DNA of 64,000 bases from Octopus bimaculoides (taxonomy: Eukaryota): positions 58,175,866 through 58,239,865 of the forward strand of contig NC_068992.1 of assembly GCF_001194135.2 (NCBI RefSeq). Direction: 5' to 3'. Each line of letters starts with the position of its first letter. The first letter of the stretch is position 1. The position numbers and the translations under genes are program-made. The notes beneath the pieces were generated by a model. The model had not been told where the DNA came from and searched no databases. It worked only from the letters and a program-made list of their open reading frames with translations. Positions 24,961 through 38,455 of this stretch are shown here, piece by piece.

Positions 24961-25596
24961 AGCGTGTTGTCAAAGACTGGTGTTGTCTTCGTGTTGTTCT
25001 TGTTGCTGCATTCACTGCCAGAAAGACCAACAACAACAGCAGCAGCAGCAGTAGTAGCAGGACTACCTTGATGTTTACCACACAATCTAAAAATTAATCT
25101 AACTGATTATAAAAAAAAAACACCGAAAAAGAAAAAAAAAACAAAGCAAAAAAAAGTTACCCCATCAAATCAATAATAATAATAATAATAAATAACAAAA
25201 CAATACGGAGAGCAGCAAGTGGATAGGAGTAAATACGGAATATATCTATCTATCTATATATATATATATATAATCAGGGCATTCGGATGTATTGGAATTC
25301 TATCGTCTAAAGAGATTTAATGGAGAGAAAGCAGAGGACGAACCAGAGAGGCCACAGCCTCTCTTCATCCACCTGCTGCTTGCTTCATAGTATGGCACTT
25401 CCAAAAGTAGATTTGTAGCCCTTCGCTACTCCCGGCTGCTTTTTCTCTCACTCTGTAACCCAGGGTTTCCGACTTCACTTCACCTCATCTCACCTGAGCT
25501 GAGCTGAGCTGAACAGAGAAGCAGACGGCCCTTAAATACTATCCCTCCTTCATAGGTCCCCTCCCCCGGCAAATAATCACCACCATTTCTGCACAG
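24956..25596 (+). other. Probable first (non-coding, 5'-UTR) exon of the TRIM gene; 5' boundary uncertain
   Basis: Ends in a consensus donor CAG|GTAAGT (25597-25602) followed by a T-rich intron start. Inr-like TCAGTG at 24954-24959. If spliced to 63647, an in-frame TAA at 25533-25535 with no later ATG makes it non-coding. Confidence 0.55.
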
Positions 25597-28487
25597 GTAA
25601 GTTATCCTTGTTTTTTTTTTTTTTTCTTTTGGCTGTTTTGTAGGGTTTAGCGCTTTTATTTATTGGTTTATGTCATGTTGTTGTTTTAATTTACATTTGA
25701 ATTCGCTATTCCACGTGAAGAATTATAACACGAGTGACATGTTTTGCGAGATAATAGTTACTCCCTGTGCCCAAGTCCACTGCTTTTTACATAAAGCTCC
25801 AATTTTTAGTCCCTCTCATGCTGCCATTCGAGTGCAGGTAAATATTAATAATTATTGTGACAAATCTTTTTTTTTTTTTTAAAAAAAAGAAAATTTCATT
25901 AGGCCCCGGCTAGTAAAATCAGTATCTCATCCTGCTTTTATCACCAACTAAAGGTGTTATTTCATTGAAACTAATGCCGTCAGTCGACCCCTTCGAACAG
26001 GGAGGACTACATTTTACAAGCAATTTCTTGTATTAATTAAAATTTTAAAAAAGCAGGGTTTATTTATTCATTTGTTATCAATATTTATAGCCTTTATAAA
26101 ATAATATTTCGATATGTAGCAATAAAAGCTTCATTGTTGCACCGAATACTCGGTGTTTGTCAAGGCTGGACGTTAGGGCTTTTTTCTTCTTACCCTAGAG
26201 ACCTAAACAAATTTAGAGTGAAAAACACGGTGGATTGGTTATGAAGTATGCATTGTGCAACAAAATTGGAAATTAAAGTTGCTTAAAGCATTACTTTTTT
26301 TGTTGTTATACTATAGAAGGGATTTTGGTGCGAGGATTAAATACGTTTTCCTTCTTTCGCTTTCCTTTTCTTTCTTCCATCTCGTTCTTTATCCTTGTTC
26401 TTTCCTTTCTTCGACATGACCAACTTGCAATTTCTCTTACACACAAAGGAAACGTAAAAATTACACACACACACACACTGGTAAATTTAAAGAAAACATT
26501 AGTAATAATTAAAAGCACAGCTGAATAACAATTAGCAGTCGCTAATTTCGTTATTGAATAATTTTCTCAGTCATTCGGATCGCCAGTTTGAGTTTCCGTG
26601 AAAAGAAAAAATAAACTTGAGACTTCTCTTTTGTTCGAAGTTTCGCTGTTCAGAGTTCGAAATTCATTCAGAATAAATTTGAACCCTTAACCTTTATTTA
26701 CACACACACACACACATATATACAAAGAGAGAGAGAGACTGTATCTAGTAGAAGAGAATTATTCAGTTTTTTAACATAGAATCGTTTGTGGTAAAGAATA
26801 TATTTTTTGTGTCGTTCATGAAGTGGACAGTGACCATAGCCTATCCAAGCATATTTTTAGGCTTGACGTATAATTTTTCTAAAGTCTGATACTGAGTCCT
26901 GTTCACAGGTTGAGTTCAGACGAGATGGACGTAGCCTATTTTGTTTTGCATTTTTGTAATTTATTTTCTTTTTCGCGGACGTTGACTTTAAGTTACCAAC
27001 CAACAAACGTATCAAGATGTATAACTACTTCATTTTCCCCCCCACAAATGACCTTGTGTAATTTAATCGAAAGAAATACCTTAATTATAATCAGCAATTA
27101 ACATCACTGCCGCCGCCACCCCCGTTCTCATTACAACTGCTGCCACTGCAACATCTACTAATTCTTGTGTTGGCTTTGACCGTTTTGTTCCAATGTTAAT
27201 TTCGCTCTTCCTTCTATTAACGAGATATTCTCTATTTTCGCATTCATTCATATACATATAATACGCATACATTCATATGTGTGGTGTGCTCGTGTGTTTA
27301 TAAAAGGGAGAATAAGAAAGATTTCGTTTCACATTCGTCCTAACATTTAAAGCTTCATCTCTCTCTCTCTCTCTCACTCCCCCACATACACACACGCGCT
27401 CTCTTTGATTTCCACCGCCGCCACGCTCGCCATGTTTACTGTTATTTTCATTGTGAATTGCTCTTGTCGCTACTGTTACTGGGTTGTTATTGCTTAATGA
27501 TTGCTACATAGCTGGTGTACTTGTGTCAGTACAAATTCAGTCAAGCAAATCGGCTTCTTGTGTTGCTCGGAATTTTAAAATAAATCCTCCTCTGGACATC
27601 AGCAGCCGCACCACCACCACCACCACAACAACAACAGCAGCCGCACCACCACCACCACCACAACAACAACAACAACAGTAAGGAAACTATAGCAACAACA
27701 TCGATACCAGGATCGCTCCCCAAGCCACCACATAGCATGCTACTATCATGGCTACCACTGACAACCACCCCTCTATAAAACCATGTACCGACATTTTTAC
27801 TATGCTCTGTTACTTTCGTAGTCACTAACTCTTCCCACCCCGGCAGCTACTCGCTATCACTATTGATAACCTCCAGTTATCACCAGTGATACTACCATTA
27901 TAACTTCCCCATCATCATCATCATCATTGGTACCACCACTATAACCCTTCACTGGCAATGCTGATATTATACCCATAGTCATCCATTATGATTACCATTG
28001 ATAACCACCCGTAATTATCGCAGTCGCTATTACTACAGCTGCACTATCACCATACCCGACGTGTTGCCACCACCACTAACACCACCACTTCCCGCCACCA
28101 CCATCATCATTATCATATCTATCATTGTCACCAGTGACTCTATGTAACACATCACAGACTCCATCTCTACTATCTTAGCCAGTTTCCACATTCACAACTA
28201 CTGCTTCCATTCACTACCAACACTGCGAGTTACAGTGTGGTTACTTGCTTGACCTTCTAGAAATAGATGCTAAATTCCCCTCTTGCTATACATTACTGTC
28301 TCGTAAAAAGGAAGGATATGATGACTGATGTACACCTGAAGACCATGTTTTAACCACCTTGCTACCAATTTGTTTGAGTCTGCTTGGGTTCCTGTTTTAA
28401 AGTGATCTAAATAAAAACCTGTTGAAATTTCACATTTATGTTCCAAACACCCAACTTAATAATTGTTTCAAATTCTGGCACAAGGCC

Positions 28488-28520
<33 letters not shown>

Positions 28521-30786
28521 GTGGTTTAACCGATAATCTAACTTCCTGTACTTGAGTGGTACTTCATTATATTAACCATGAAAGGCAAAGTTGACCTCGG
28601 TAGTTTTTTTTAACTCAGGAATGTTGCTAAGCTTATTCACTGATGCACTATTTTACTAAATTCATTATTTTCAAAATGAAATGAAAGCAAAACTGGATAT
28701 TTCGGCAGAAATGTGATGACAAAAGGGGTCAAAGAAAAATAAGGGCTGGTCAAGATTGTAAAGTTTTCCTCATAGTTCTGTTCAATCAGCAGCAACTTGG
28801 GGGGGGGCAAGGCATCACCACTATCCCTATCATCACAATCATTATTTGTTGTCCACTTTTCCATGCTTGCATGGGTCAGATGAAGTTTGTTGAGGCAGAT
28901 TTTCTATGGCTGGATGCCCTTCTTGTTGCCAACCCTTACTTTAAAGGCTGTCCAGCTGTAGAAACAATGCCAAAGTAGAACTTGGTGCAGCCCTCTTACT
29001 TGACAGTTTCTGTTGAATCCTCCAACCCATGCCAGCATGGAAGAAGGGATGTTTAATGACAATTCTGTCCAACACTGATGACCCTGCCAGTTTACTGTCA
29101 CTTTAGTTATGCCACTTCACATCTTGGGTTCAAATCCACTGCCTTGGATGACAGCAAATTTTAGATGACCCTTGGTTGCTAAGATAAGCACCAACCAAAT
29201 ACTGGAGGTTGGTTTAGTCTCCCAAATGAATGACCATACACATATGTTCAGTGTCAGACAAAATGCTTTGCCATATTTCTTCTGCTTCTTTATTTACTGA
29301 GTTCAAATCTTGAGCTCAGTTTTGCTTCTCGGCTTTCTTAGTTACACAAAGTATCAATCAAATACTGGGATCAATATAACTGACGGTTCCGTTTCCCAAA
29401 ATTTCTGGCCTTGTGCTGATGTAAAAACTGTTGTCATAAGCAATGTTTACATCTAGTCAGAGGTTAATTTTGCCTTTCTTCTTTTCAGAGTCAAGAATAT
29501 GAAGTACAGTCTAGTACTAGGGTTGGCAGTATTGACTACTTCCCTTCTGCTCAAAATCCCTGGCCTTGTGCCTAAACCAGAAACTATTATATTAAAGGCT
29601 CTGAGTTGACAGACTTGTTAGAGTGCCAGAATAATTCTCTTGTGGCATTTCTTCCATCTCTTTATTTTGCTCAAGTCAACTTTGCCTTTTATCCCTCTGG
29701 GGTCAGTAAAATAAAGTACCAGAGTAGCACTGGGGACAATGGCTTTGACCACAAAATTGCTGGCTTTGACCACAAAATTACTGGCTTTGTGCCTGAATCA
29801 GAAACCATTATTTTTGTTAATTATAGCTGTGGTATTAAGAAGTACACTTTGCAGTCATGTGGCTTTGGGTTCAGTCTCACAGCTTGGCATCTTGAGTGTC
29901 TTCTACTGTAGACCTGGGCTGATTAATTCTTTGTGAGTAAAATTGCTAGATGAAAACTGTTTCAAAACACATTATATATACGTGTGTTTGTGTGTGTACA
30001 CAGGCATATCACATCATTTAATGTCCACTTTTTCCTTGCTTGCATGGGCCAGGCAGAATTTGTTAAGGTACATTTTCTAAGGCCAGACACCCTTCTTGTT
30101 GCTAATCCTCATCTTTTTCCAAGTAATGCAGCATTTCCCATGACCAGATATCGTTTTTTTTTTTATAACAGATTGGAAATGAACATTACTTGTATGCTTG
30201 TTTATAGCCATCATGTAATGTCAAGACAAAGGTATACACACACACACACACACATGCATGCATATAACAGACTTCTTTCAGTTTCCATCTACTGAATTCA
30301 CCAGCACCTTGGGGCAAGTGTCTTTCTCTGAAGCCTGACGCTATATTAGAAAACACTTGCCCAAGGTGCTCGTGCTGTGCAGTTGGATGGAACCCAAGAT
30401 TACATGGTTGGGAAGCAAGTTTCCTAACCCCTCAGTCATGCTTCTGCACCTCCTCCCCCCACACAATTGGTCAGTTGTTTATATGTCTGAAAAAAAAAAA
30501 AAAAAGCACATTTTAAAAGCTATTTTGAACTGTAATATATTATGTCGTTGTTGGACATGATTGGTCAGAAAGTTACCTTTGGTTTCACATCTATTTTTGC
30601 TTTGAGCAATATAGGTGATTCAGGAGACTTACTGGCCAGAGGAGCATAACCTCTTCAATTGGTCAGTAGGTCGGCTGAGTTTCCTATATTGCTAAGTGCA
30701 CTAATAGACGTGAAACCATTGATAACTTTCTGATCAACCAAAACCAATGACTGCATAAAAACATAGATACATACATTTATATATTG

Positions 30787-30900
<114 letters not shown>

Positions 30901-31129
30901 ATTGTGTATTTCTTTGTATCTCATCTCTTTACAACTGGAGTTGGTTTGTTTATGTCCTTGTAATCTGGTGGTTCAGTAAAAATATGCAAAAAGGTGGAAT
31001 AAGTACAAGATTTAAAAAACAAAAATGTACTGGGTTTGATTTGATCAACTAAAACCCTTGAAGGGCTGCAGACTGTGAAACCGAATTATCAACATTATAA
31101 TAATAATAATAATAATGATAATAATCCTT

Positions 31130-31509
31130 TTTGTTATAGGCCCAAGGCCTGAAATTTTGTGGTGGGGGACTGACTGGTTGATTACATCGACCCCAGTGTT
31201 TCACTGGTACTTCATTTATCAACCCTGAAAGAATGAAAGGCAAAGTTGCTCTCAGCAGAATAATAATAAAGATAATAATTATTTCAAATTTTTGCCACAA
31301 GGGCAGCTTGGGGAGGTGGAGATGAGTCGATTTCATCGCCTCCAGTATGTGACTGGTACTTATTTAATCGACCCCGAAGGGATGAAAGGCAAAGTCGACT
31401 TCAGCGGGATTGGAACTCGGGATGTTCCGGCGGACAAAATGCCGCTAAGCATTTCACCCGGCATGCTAACAATTCTGCCAGCTCGCCGCCGTAATACTAA
31501 TACTAATAC

Positions 31510-31551
<42 letters not shown>

Positions 31552-31930
31552 TTGTGAGCTGGCATTAAGGTGGCAAGCTGACTGAATTGTCAAACACACT
31601 GGGCAAAATGCTCAGCAGCCTTTCGTCCATCTTTGTATTCTGAGTTCAAATGCCGCCGGGATCGACTTTGCCTGCATCTTTTCAGCGGCTCGATAAAATA
31701 AGTACCAGTTAAATACTGGGGTCGATGTAATTGACCGTTCCTCCTCCTCCCCCAAGCTTGTTAGCCTTGTGCCAAAATTTGAAATCATCATCATCGTCAT
31801 CGTCATCATCTTTATCACGATTATGCTGATGTTGACTTTGCCTTTCATCATTTTCAGATCGACAAAGTAAGTACCAGTCATGTACTGGGGTCGATGTAAT
31901 TAACTAGCCCCCTCCTACAAAATTTCATTA
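31130..31930. mobile_element. Cluster of four OR1/OK-like SINE copies (two minus, two plus)
   Basis: Repeated aaggcaaagtcgac / gactttgcc cores in opposite orientations around an (AAT)n tract. Confidence 0.8.
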
Positions 31931-33289
31931 TTATTATTATTATCATCATTATTATTATTATTACCATTATTATTATTATTATTATTATTATAATTCTTCT
32001 TTGCTTCCTCTCACCTCACTACTCTCTTTCTGTTCATCAAATGTTTCTATTTATGGAACGCCAATAATGCTGTAACCTTTATTTTCCCCTGCTCATAACT
32101 CCCACCTCATCCACTTCCATTCATTCTTCTTTTCTTTACCATTCACTCCAAAATTCTTCATTCCTTTAGTCTTCTCCTTTATTTACTCTCTCTCTCTCTC
32201 TTTCCCTCTCTCTCTATCTCTCTCTTTCCCTCTCTCTCTCTCTCCCTCCCTCTACTCCCACACTTCTCCTCTCTGCATACATTGACACTTTTAACATTCA
32301 CACATACAACTATATACATGTATGATACTCTCACACACATAAATACATACATGCACACGTATACAAACACACACACACACACACACACACTTTTATACAT
32401 ACGTATGCACATTTGCACTTGAATACGTACATGTTGCAAGCAGATACAAACATACATGCACATAGAGAATTTACAAATTTGCCAAAAATTGACGAACACC
32501 AATCTGCATATCTACGCTTAGACATGTCAAGACACAAGCACTAGTGCATAAGCACAGGTACACATGCACATACACGCACCAACCCACACATACATGCAAA
32601 TATACATACATGTACAATCACCTGCAGATTTATACAACCCTATTTATATTGACATATACTCTCTTTCTCTCTCTCTGTCACACAAACACGCACTTGCACT
32701 CACTCACTCACTCATACACACAATAATATGCAAACATGTACAATCCTACATAAATGTATGTGTGTGTGTGTGTGTGTGTGTGCGTATAAACACATGCGCA
32801 CACACATTAATACACACAAACACACACTCATATGTACTTATGTGTTCACTTGATTTTAACTGAATGTTTTGCAACAGATGTATTTGAATGCTACTCCTTT
32901 TGTGTCTACCCATCGCTATTATCTTCCTGTATTCACATTTTTAGACAGGAATGTAAATACCAAACTATCGCCATGACGGGAAAATTCCTCTAGGCTGTTT
33001 TCCACTGACAAAATAAACCGAGGGATTTCATATTTAATATTCTTCCTGTGAAAATTCATTTGTTTGTTTTCCTTTTTTTTTACCTTCAGTTTCTTAGAAA
33101 AGAGGAAGAAAAAGGTTTGATCCCTGCCAAGTCTTTCTTGTTGTTGTTGGGCCCCAGGCCAGCCCCGAATGAGCATAGCTGTGATCGTTTTGTCTTTTTA
33201 TGGACATAATGTATCTAGGACTATATTATGTAATGTGATGGCTGTGGTTTGAGAGAAATTTGGTTGCCATCTTCTTGCAGGTCATAATC

Positions 33290-33620
33290 ATCATCATCAT
33301 CATCATCATCGTTTAACGTCCGCTTTCCATGCTAGCATGGGTTGGACGATTTGGCTGAGGACTGGTGAAACCGGATGGCAACACCAGGCTCCAGTCTAAT
33401 TTGGCAGAGTTTCTACAGCTGGATGCCCTTCCTAATGCCAACCACTCAGAGAGTGTAGTGGGTGCTTTTACGTGTCACCCGCACGAAAACGGCCACGCTC
33501 GAAATGGTGTCTTTTATGTGCCACCCGCACAAGCCAGTCCAGGGGCACTGGCAACGATCTTACTTGGCTTGCCGGGTCTTCTCACGCACAGCACATTTCC
33601 AAAGGTCTCGGTCAGTAGTC
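33290..33620 (-). mobile_element. Third SINE family (Meta-domain-like, (GAT)n tail)
   Basis: (cat)n cgtttaacgtccgctttccatgctagcatgggttggacg...ctggatgcccttcctaatgccaacc. Other copies at 9095-9300, 41630-41775, 42210-42360, 43085-43585, 52600-52930 and 60170-60545. The Meta-domain assignment is from memory. Confidence 0.75.
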
Positions 33621-33854
33621 ATGTATCCATTTAATGTGCAGTCTGTGTTTTGAGAGAAATTTGGTTGCTGTTTTGCAAGTCATAGTGTATCTAGGGCTGT
33701 ATCATTTAATGTGCTGTCTGATTTAAGAGCAATACGGTCACTGTGTTTTTGCAGGTCATAATGTACCTAGGATTACACTATTTAATGTGCTGTCTATGAT
33801 TTGAGAGAAATTTGGTTGTTGTGTTTTGCAGGTCATTGTGTATATAGGACTATA

Positions 33855-33935
33855 CATGGTGTCCATAAAGTCCCTTTACAATATTGAGTTTAAAAGTATG
33901 GAAGTTGTAAAGATAATTCATAGACAATCTAAATT
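33855..33935 (+). mobile_element. Mariner-like TIR fragment inserted in a minisatellite
   Basis: tacatggtgtccataaagtccctttacaat resembles TA-CAGGGTGTCCATAAAGT... mariner termini and interrupts the 75-bp array. Confidence 0.4.
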
Positions 33936-34685
33936 ACTTACTGTGTTGGCTGTGATTTAAGAGAAATTTAGTTGCTGTATTTTGCAGGTCATAGTGTATC
34001 TAAGACTACATTATCTAGTGTGTCCTATATTATTTTAAAAGATGGTAAAATATGATTTGTTATTTCTTACAATAGGATAGATTATCTGATATATCCTATT
34101 TAAAAAAAAAAAATATTAGCGTGCAATTTGAAGGAGATTTGGTTACTATTCCTAATAGGCCAGTCTGGCATTCCCATACCCAATGAACTCTTTTTCCTTA
34201 AGATGACTGCTATTTCTAGCTAGTTGATTATCCACATGTAGACTTCTTCAGCTTAGCTTTTCAAGTGTTTCATTCATCTGTGTCCATTTTGTGTATGTTT
34301 TTATGCATATATGTCTATGTAATACATACATACATACTATACATATATTTTAGCTACTGTTGCCCTTACAGACATGTAAACACCTTGCCTTTATATAAAC
34401 AGCTGTATGTACAGGTAAAGAGTGATCAGGTAGTCTAGTTTCAGTCCTGTGTTGGGATTTCCTCACCCACTAACTACTTCTTTAAATGCCTATGGACTAT
34501 GGAAACACTGCTTTTAAATCCACTATTATAAAGGGATGAATTAAATTGGTTAGACCAATTTGCATATATAATATATTGTTGATAGCTTGTAATAGTTGTT
34601 TGTAAGAAGTGCCTCATGGACATTTGGAAGAGCACTTTGTTACTGATGAAATCCATACTCATTTACACACACACATATATATATT

Positions 34686-34917
34686 CTCTTTTACTTTTTT
34701 ACTTGTTTCAGTCTTTTGACTGTGGCCATGCTGGAGCACCGCTTTTAGTCGAGCAAATCGACCCCAGGACTTATTCTTTTGTAAGCCTAGTACTTATTCT
34801 ATCGGTCTCTTTTTGCCGAACCGCTAAGTTACGGGGCCGTAAACACACCACCATCGGTTGTCAAGCGATGTTGGGGGGGATAAACACAGACACACAAACA
34901 TATACACACACACATAC

Positions 34918-34963
<46 letters not shown>

Positions 34964-35131
34964 CATACGACGGGCTTCTTTCAGTTTCCATCTACCAAAT
35001 CCACTCACAAGGCTTTGGTCGAACCGAGGCTATAGTAGAAGACACTTGCCCAAGGTGCCACGCAGTGGGACTGAACCCGGAACCATGTGGTTGGTAAGTA
35101 AGCTACTTACCACTCAGCCACTCCTACGCCT
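34686..35131 (-). mobile_element. Full-length young tRNA-derived CORE-type SINE (octopus OR2-like family)
   Basis: On the minus strand, a tRNA-like head with A box (tggctgagtgg) and B box (ggttcagtcc), then caccttgggcaagtgtcttctactatagcctc (CORE-like), an internal (TA/CA)n tract and a conserved 3' body. Many similar copies occur in the window. Confidence 0.85.
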
Positions 35132-35974
35132 GTATATATATATATATATATAGGTATGAAGAGAAGATAATAATCACTATAAATTGGCCCAGGAGGAATA
35201 AGTCAACAACAGAACCTCTTTGCATTGGCTTGACATGCTAGAAATGGCAGGCAAACTCACATCACTTTCTATCATCTACCAGCTATGATATGATAGATAA
35301 TGCAGTCGAGGACTTATTAATTATGCCTGGAGTGGTGGATGGCGGAGTAAAACCCGAACAAATATAGGATGATCTCTGCGGGAATGTTTTTGATCACAGG
35401 TCTGCTTGATCAGAGCTAATCTGGGGATAAACTATACCAACACTATCATCGCTATCATCGTTACAACCAACAATAATTGCTTCAATATTTACAGCTGTTT
35501 TACATCTGAAAGTATGAGTAGCTGGAGCAGGGTGGTGGGGAGATACGAATAAGAAACCTAACCAGTTTGTTATTGCATAAAAATTGCTTGCTTGTTTTGT
35601 GGTTTAATCCATATGTAGGCTACACCAGATATGGAATTAATTCCATTCATATTGGATTGCAATTAAACTGCAGAACTGACACGACCAACCACTGCTAACG
35701 GGGGAAAAAAAAACAAAAACTTTCTAAATTAAAGCAAAATATTAAACAAAAAGGAAAGTGAAACAAAATAAAGCAAATTTCATCAATTTATAAGTATCTA
35801 TCCGCCATATATCTGATGTCTGTTTCACCAGTTTTATGCTGCCAAAATGATAGACTTTGATCTTGTACTCTGGTTTTCCTTCATTCCCAGAAGCAGATAA
35901 ATCTTTTACATTTTACTGTTGGTATGATAATATTAATGATGATGAAAATGATCATAATAATAATAATAATAATT

Positions 35975-36157
35975 GTTTTAATTTAGATGCAAGGCCAGCA
36001 ATTTTAGGGTTAGTGGGTCACACAGACAATCATGGTATTCGACTGGTACTTTATTTTATCAACCCTGAAAGGATGAAAGGCAAAATTGACTTTGGAGGAA
36101 CTTGAACTTGGAATGTAAAGAACTGGAATAAATACTTGCCCTGTCAATCCATCAATG

Positions 36158-36192
<35 letters not shown>

Positions 36193-37035
36193 TTCTACTA
36201 TAGGCACAAAACCTGAAATTTTGGGGGAGGGGACTAGTCGATTACATCAACCCCAGTGTTTCACTGGTACTTAAGGCAAAGTCAACCTTAGCGGAATTTG
36301 AACTCTGTACATAAGGTGGACAAAATGCTAAGCACTTTGCCTGGCATGTTAGCATTTCTGGCAGTGTGCCACCTTAATAATAATAACAATCCTTTCTACT
36401 ATGGGCACAAGGCCTGAAATTGTGGGGGAGGGGGCCAGTCGATTACATCAACCCCAGTGTTTCACTGGTACTGAATTTATCGACCTCAAAAGGGTGAAAG
36501 GCAAAGTCAACTATAGCAGAATTTGAACTTAGAACATAGCAACAGGCGAAATACTGCTAAGCTTTCCGTTCATAAAAATAATGATGATTTCAAATTTTGG
36601 CACAAGGCCAGCTATTTTACAGGAGGGAGTAAGTTGATTACATCAACCCCAGTGCTCAACTAGTACTTATTTTTATCGACCCTGAGTGGATGAAAGGCAA
36701 AGTCAACCTTGGTGGAATTTGAACCCAGAATATAAAGAGCCAGAGGAAATGCTGCTAAATATTTTATCTGACACACTGTCTCTGTTGGTTTGTCAATATT
36801 AGCTAATAATAATAATAATATTAATAATCCTTTGTACTATAGGCAGAGGGCCTGAAATTTGCTGGAGGTAAGGGTTAGTTGATTGTATCAACTTCAATGC
36901 TCAGCAGCTATTTTTTTTGTTGGCCCTGAATGGATGATAGGTAAAGTCAACCTTGGCAAAATTTGAACTCAGACTGTAAAGAATTGGCAGAAATGTAGCT
37001 CAGTATTTTGTCCAGTGTGCTAATGATTCTGCCAG
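35975..37035 (-). mobile_element. Stack of five head-to-tail OR1/OK-like SINE copies
   Basis: Five successive aaggcaaagtcaac-type cores, mostly preceded by (AAT)n tracts. Confidence 0.8.
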
Positions 37036-37299
37036 CTTGTCTGACAACAATGATCGTGTTGATTTCTTTGTGAGCCCCAAGGGTTCGAAGTGATACAATG
37101 AAATGTTAACGACAGCAGAGTTTACATTGCGTTTTGAGCTGGACAAAGTTATATAAAAACATGGGTGGGGGTGATGAGATTCTACAATAGGCGGATTAAA
37201 AATTATACAAAATAAATATGTGAATATTATAAATAACAAAACACAGAAATAAAAGATAATTTATTGGGTTAAACGTCTTAATGTTAATCTCATTTTAAT

Positions 37300-37370
37300 A
37301 TTTCTGTCTGTCTTTCCCTCCTCTATCTTCTCTGCCTGCCTGTCTGTCTGACTCTGTCTGTCTGTCTCTC

Positions 37371-37403
<33 letters not shown>

Positions 37404-37546
37404 GTCTCTCTCTGTCTCTCTCTCTGTCTCTTTGTTTGTCTCTATTTGTCTGTCTCCCTATCTCTCCCTCTCTGTCTGTCTGTCTCTCACTAGAATATTT
37501 CCCTTTATTTGTATGAGGAAAAGGAAAGTGTTCAATCAATAAATTG

Positions 37547-37586
<40 letters not shown>

Positions 37587-37629
37587 CTCTCTTTCTCTCT
37601 CTATCTATCTCTCTTTCTCTCTATCTCTC

Positions 37630-37705
<76 letters not shown>

Positions 37706-37708
37706 TCT
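37300..37708. repeat. (CT)n/(CTGT)n polypyrimidine microsatellite blocks
   Basis: Directly visible. Confidence 0.9.
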
Positions 37709-38455
37709 ATGTGTACATTTCTGAACACACGTGTGTTTAATTCCAGAGCCAAAAGGTCCTGTTGCTAAAATTGGTTCTGTGTCCAGTCAGCCATGCCAAA
37801 TTGTCAGTGTCTAAAATGCTGTGCCCTTTTGTCTCATCGTGCGCAGTAGTGTCTACTCTGTTAATCTCTTCCATTACTGCTCTTTCATAGCTATGAATCT
37901 GTTCGTCTCATACTTTTTACCTCTCTCGTCATCTTGCTTAAAATCATCGCTTTCTTTTTTAATCTCCTATCAGTCAGGGGGACTCTGTAGGCTCTCTAAG
38001 TCTTGCAATTGGTGAGGCAGCCACATTAGTGCTGATCTCATGAAGAAAAGACCAGTACACGCTGTAAAGTAGCTGGCATTAGGAAGGACAACCAACTGTA
38101 GAAACCATGCTAAAACAGACATTAGAACACGATACAATCCTCCACCTTATTGATTCCTGTTGACATGTCTGACCCATATCCAATTCCATGCCCAATCTAT
38201 GTCCAACTCATACCAGCATTAGTTAACTGGGCAATTGAATGCTAAGTGGCAATGCTGGAGCTCCATCATAGTAATAAAGATGAGGTCTTGTCATGCAGAA
38301 ACTTTAGAGCGTAAGTGAAAGTGTATATGTGTATTTATGTATACATACGCCACATGTGCATTAATTTATGTATGCTATCTATTGCAGTGCTTCATTTGAT
38401 TATAGTAGGTAACATATGTAAACTCGATGCAGGGTTGGATCATAATACAGCTAGT

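Larger units (their letters stand above)
33200..34020 (+). repeat. ~75-bp minisatellite (about 6 diverged units)
   Basis: Recurrent tttgagagaaatttggttg...ttttgcaggtcata.tgtatctagga. Confidence 0.8.

Noticed and set aside
33355-33372. CUGAGGA...GAAA hammerhead-like core in the Meta-like SINE (also at ~41697)
   Set aside because: Only 5 nt lie between the motifs, with no pairable stem II and no stem I or III.
36109-36122. 14-nt match to the 5' end of miR-1 (tggaatgtaaagaa)
   Set aside because: It lies in a diverged SINE copy, the 3' part of the miRNA is absent, and there is no precursor hairpin.
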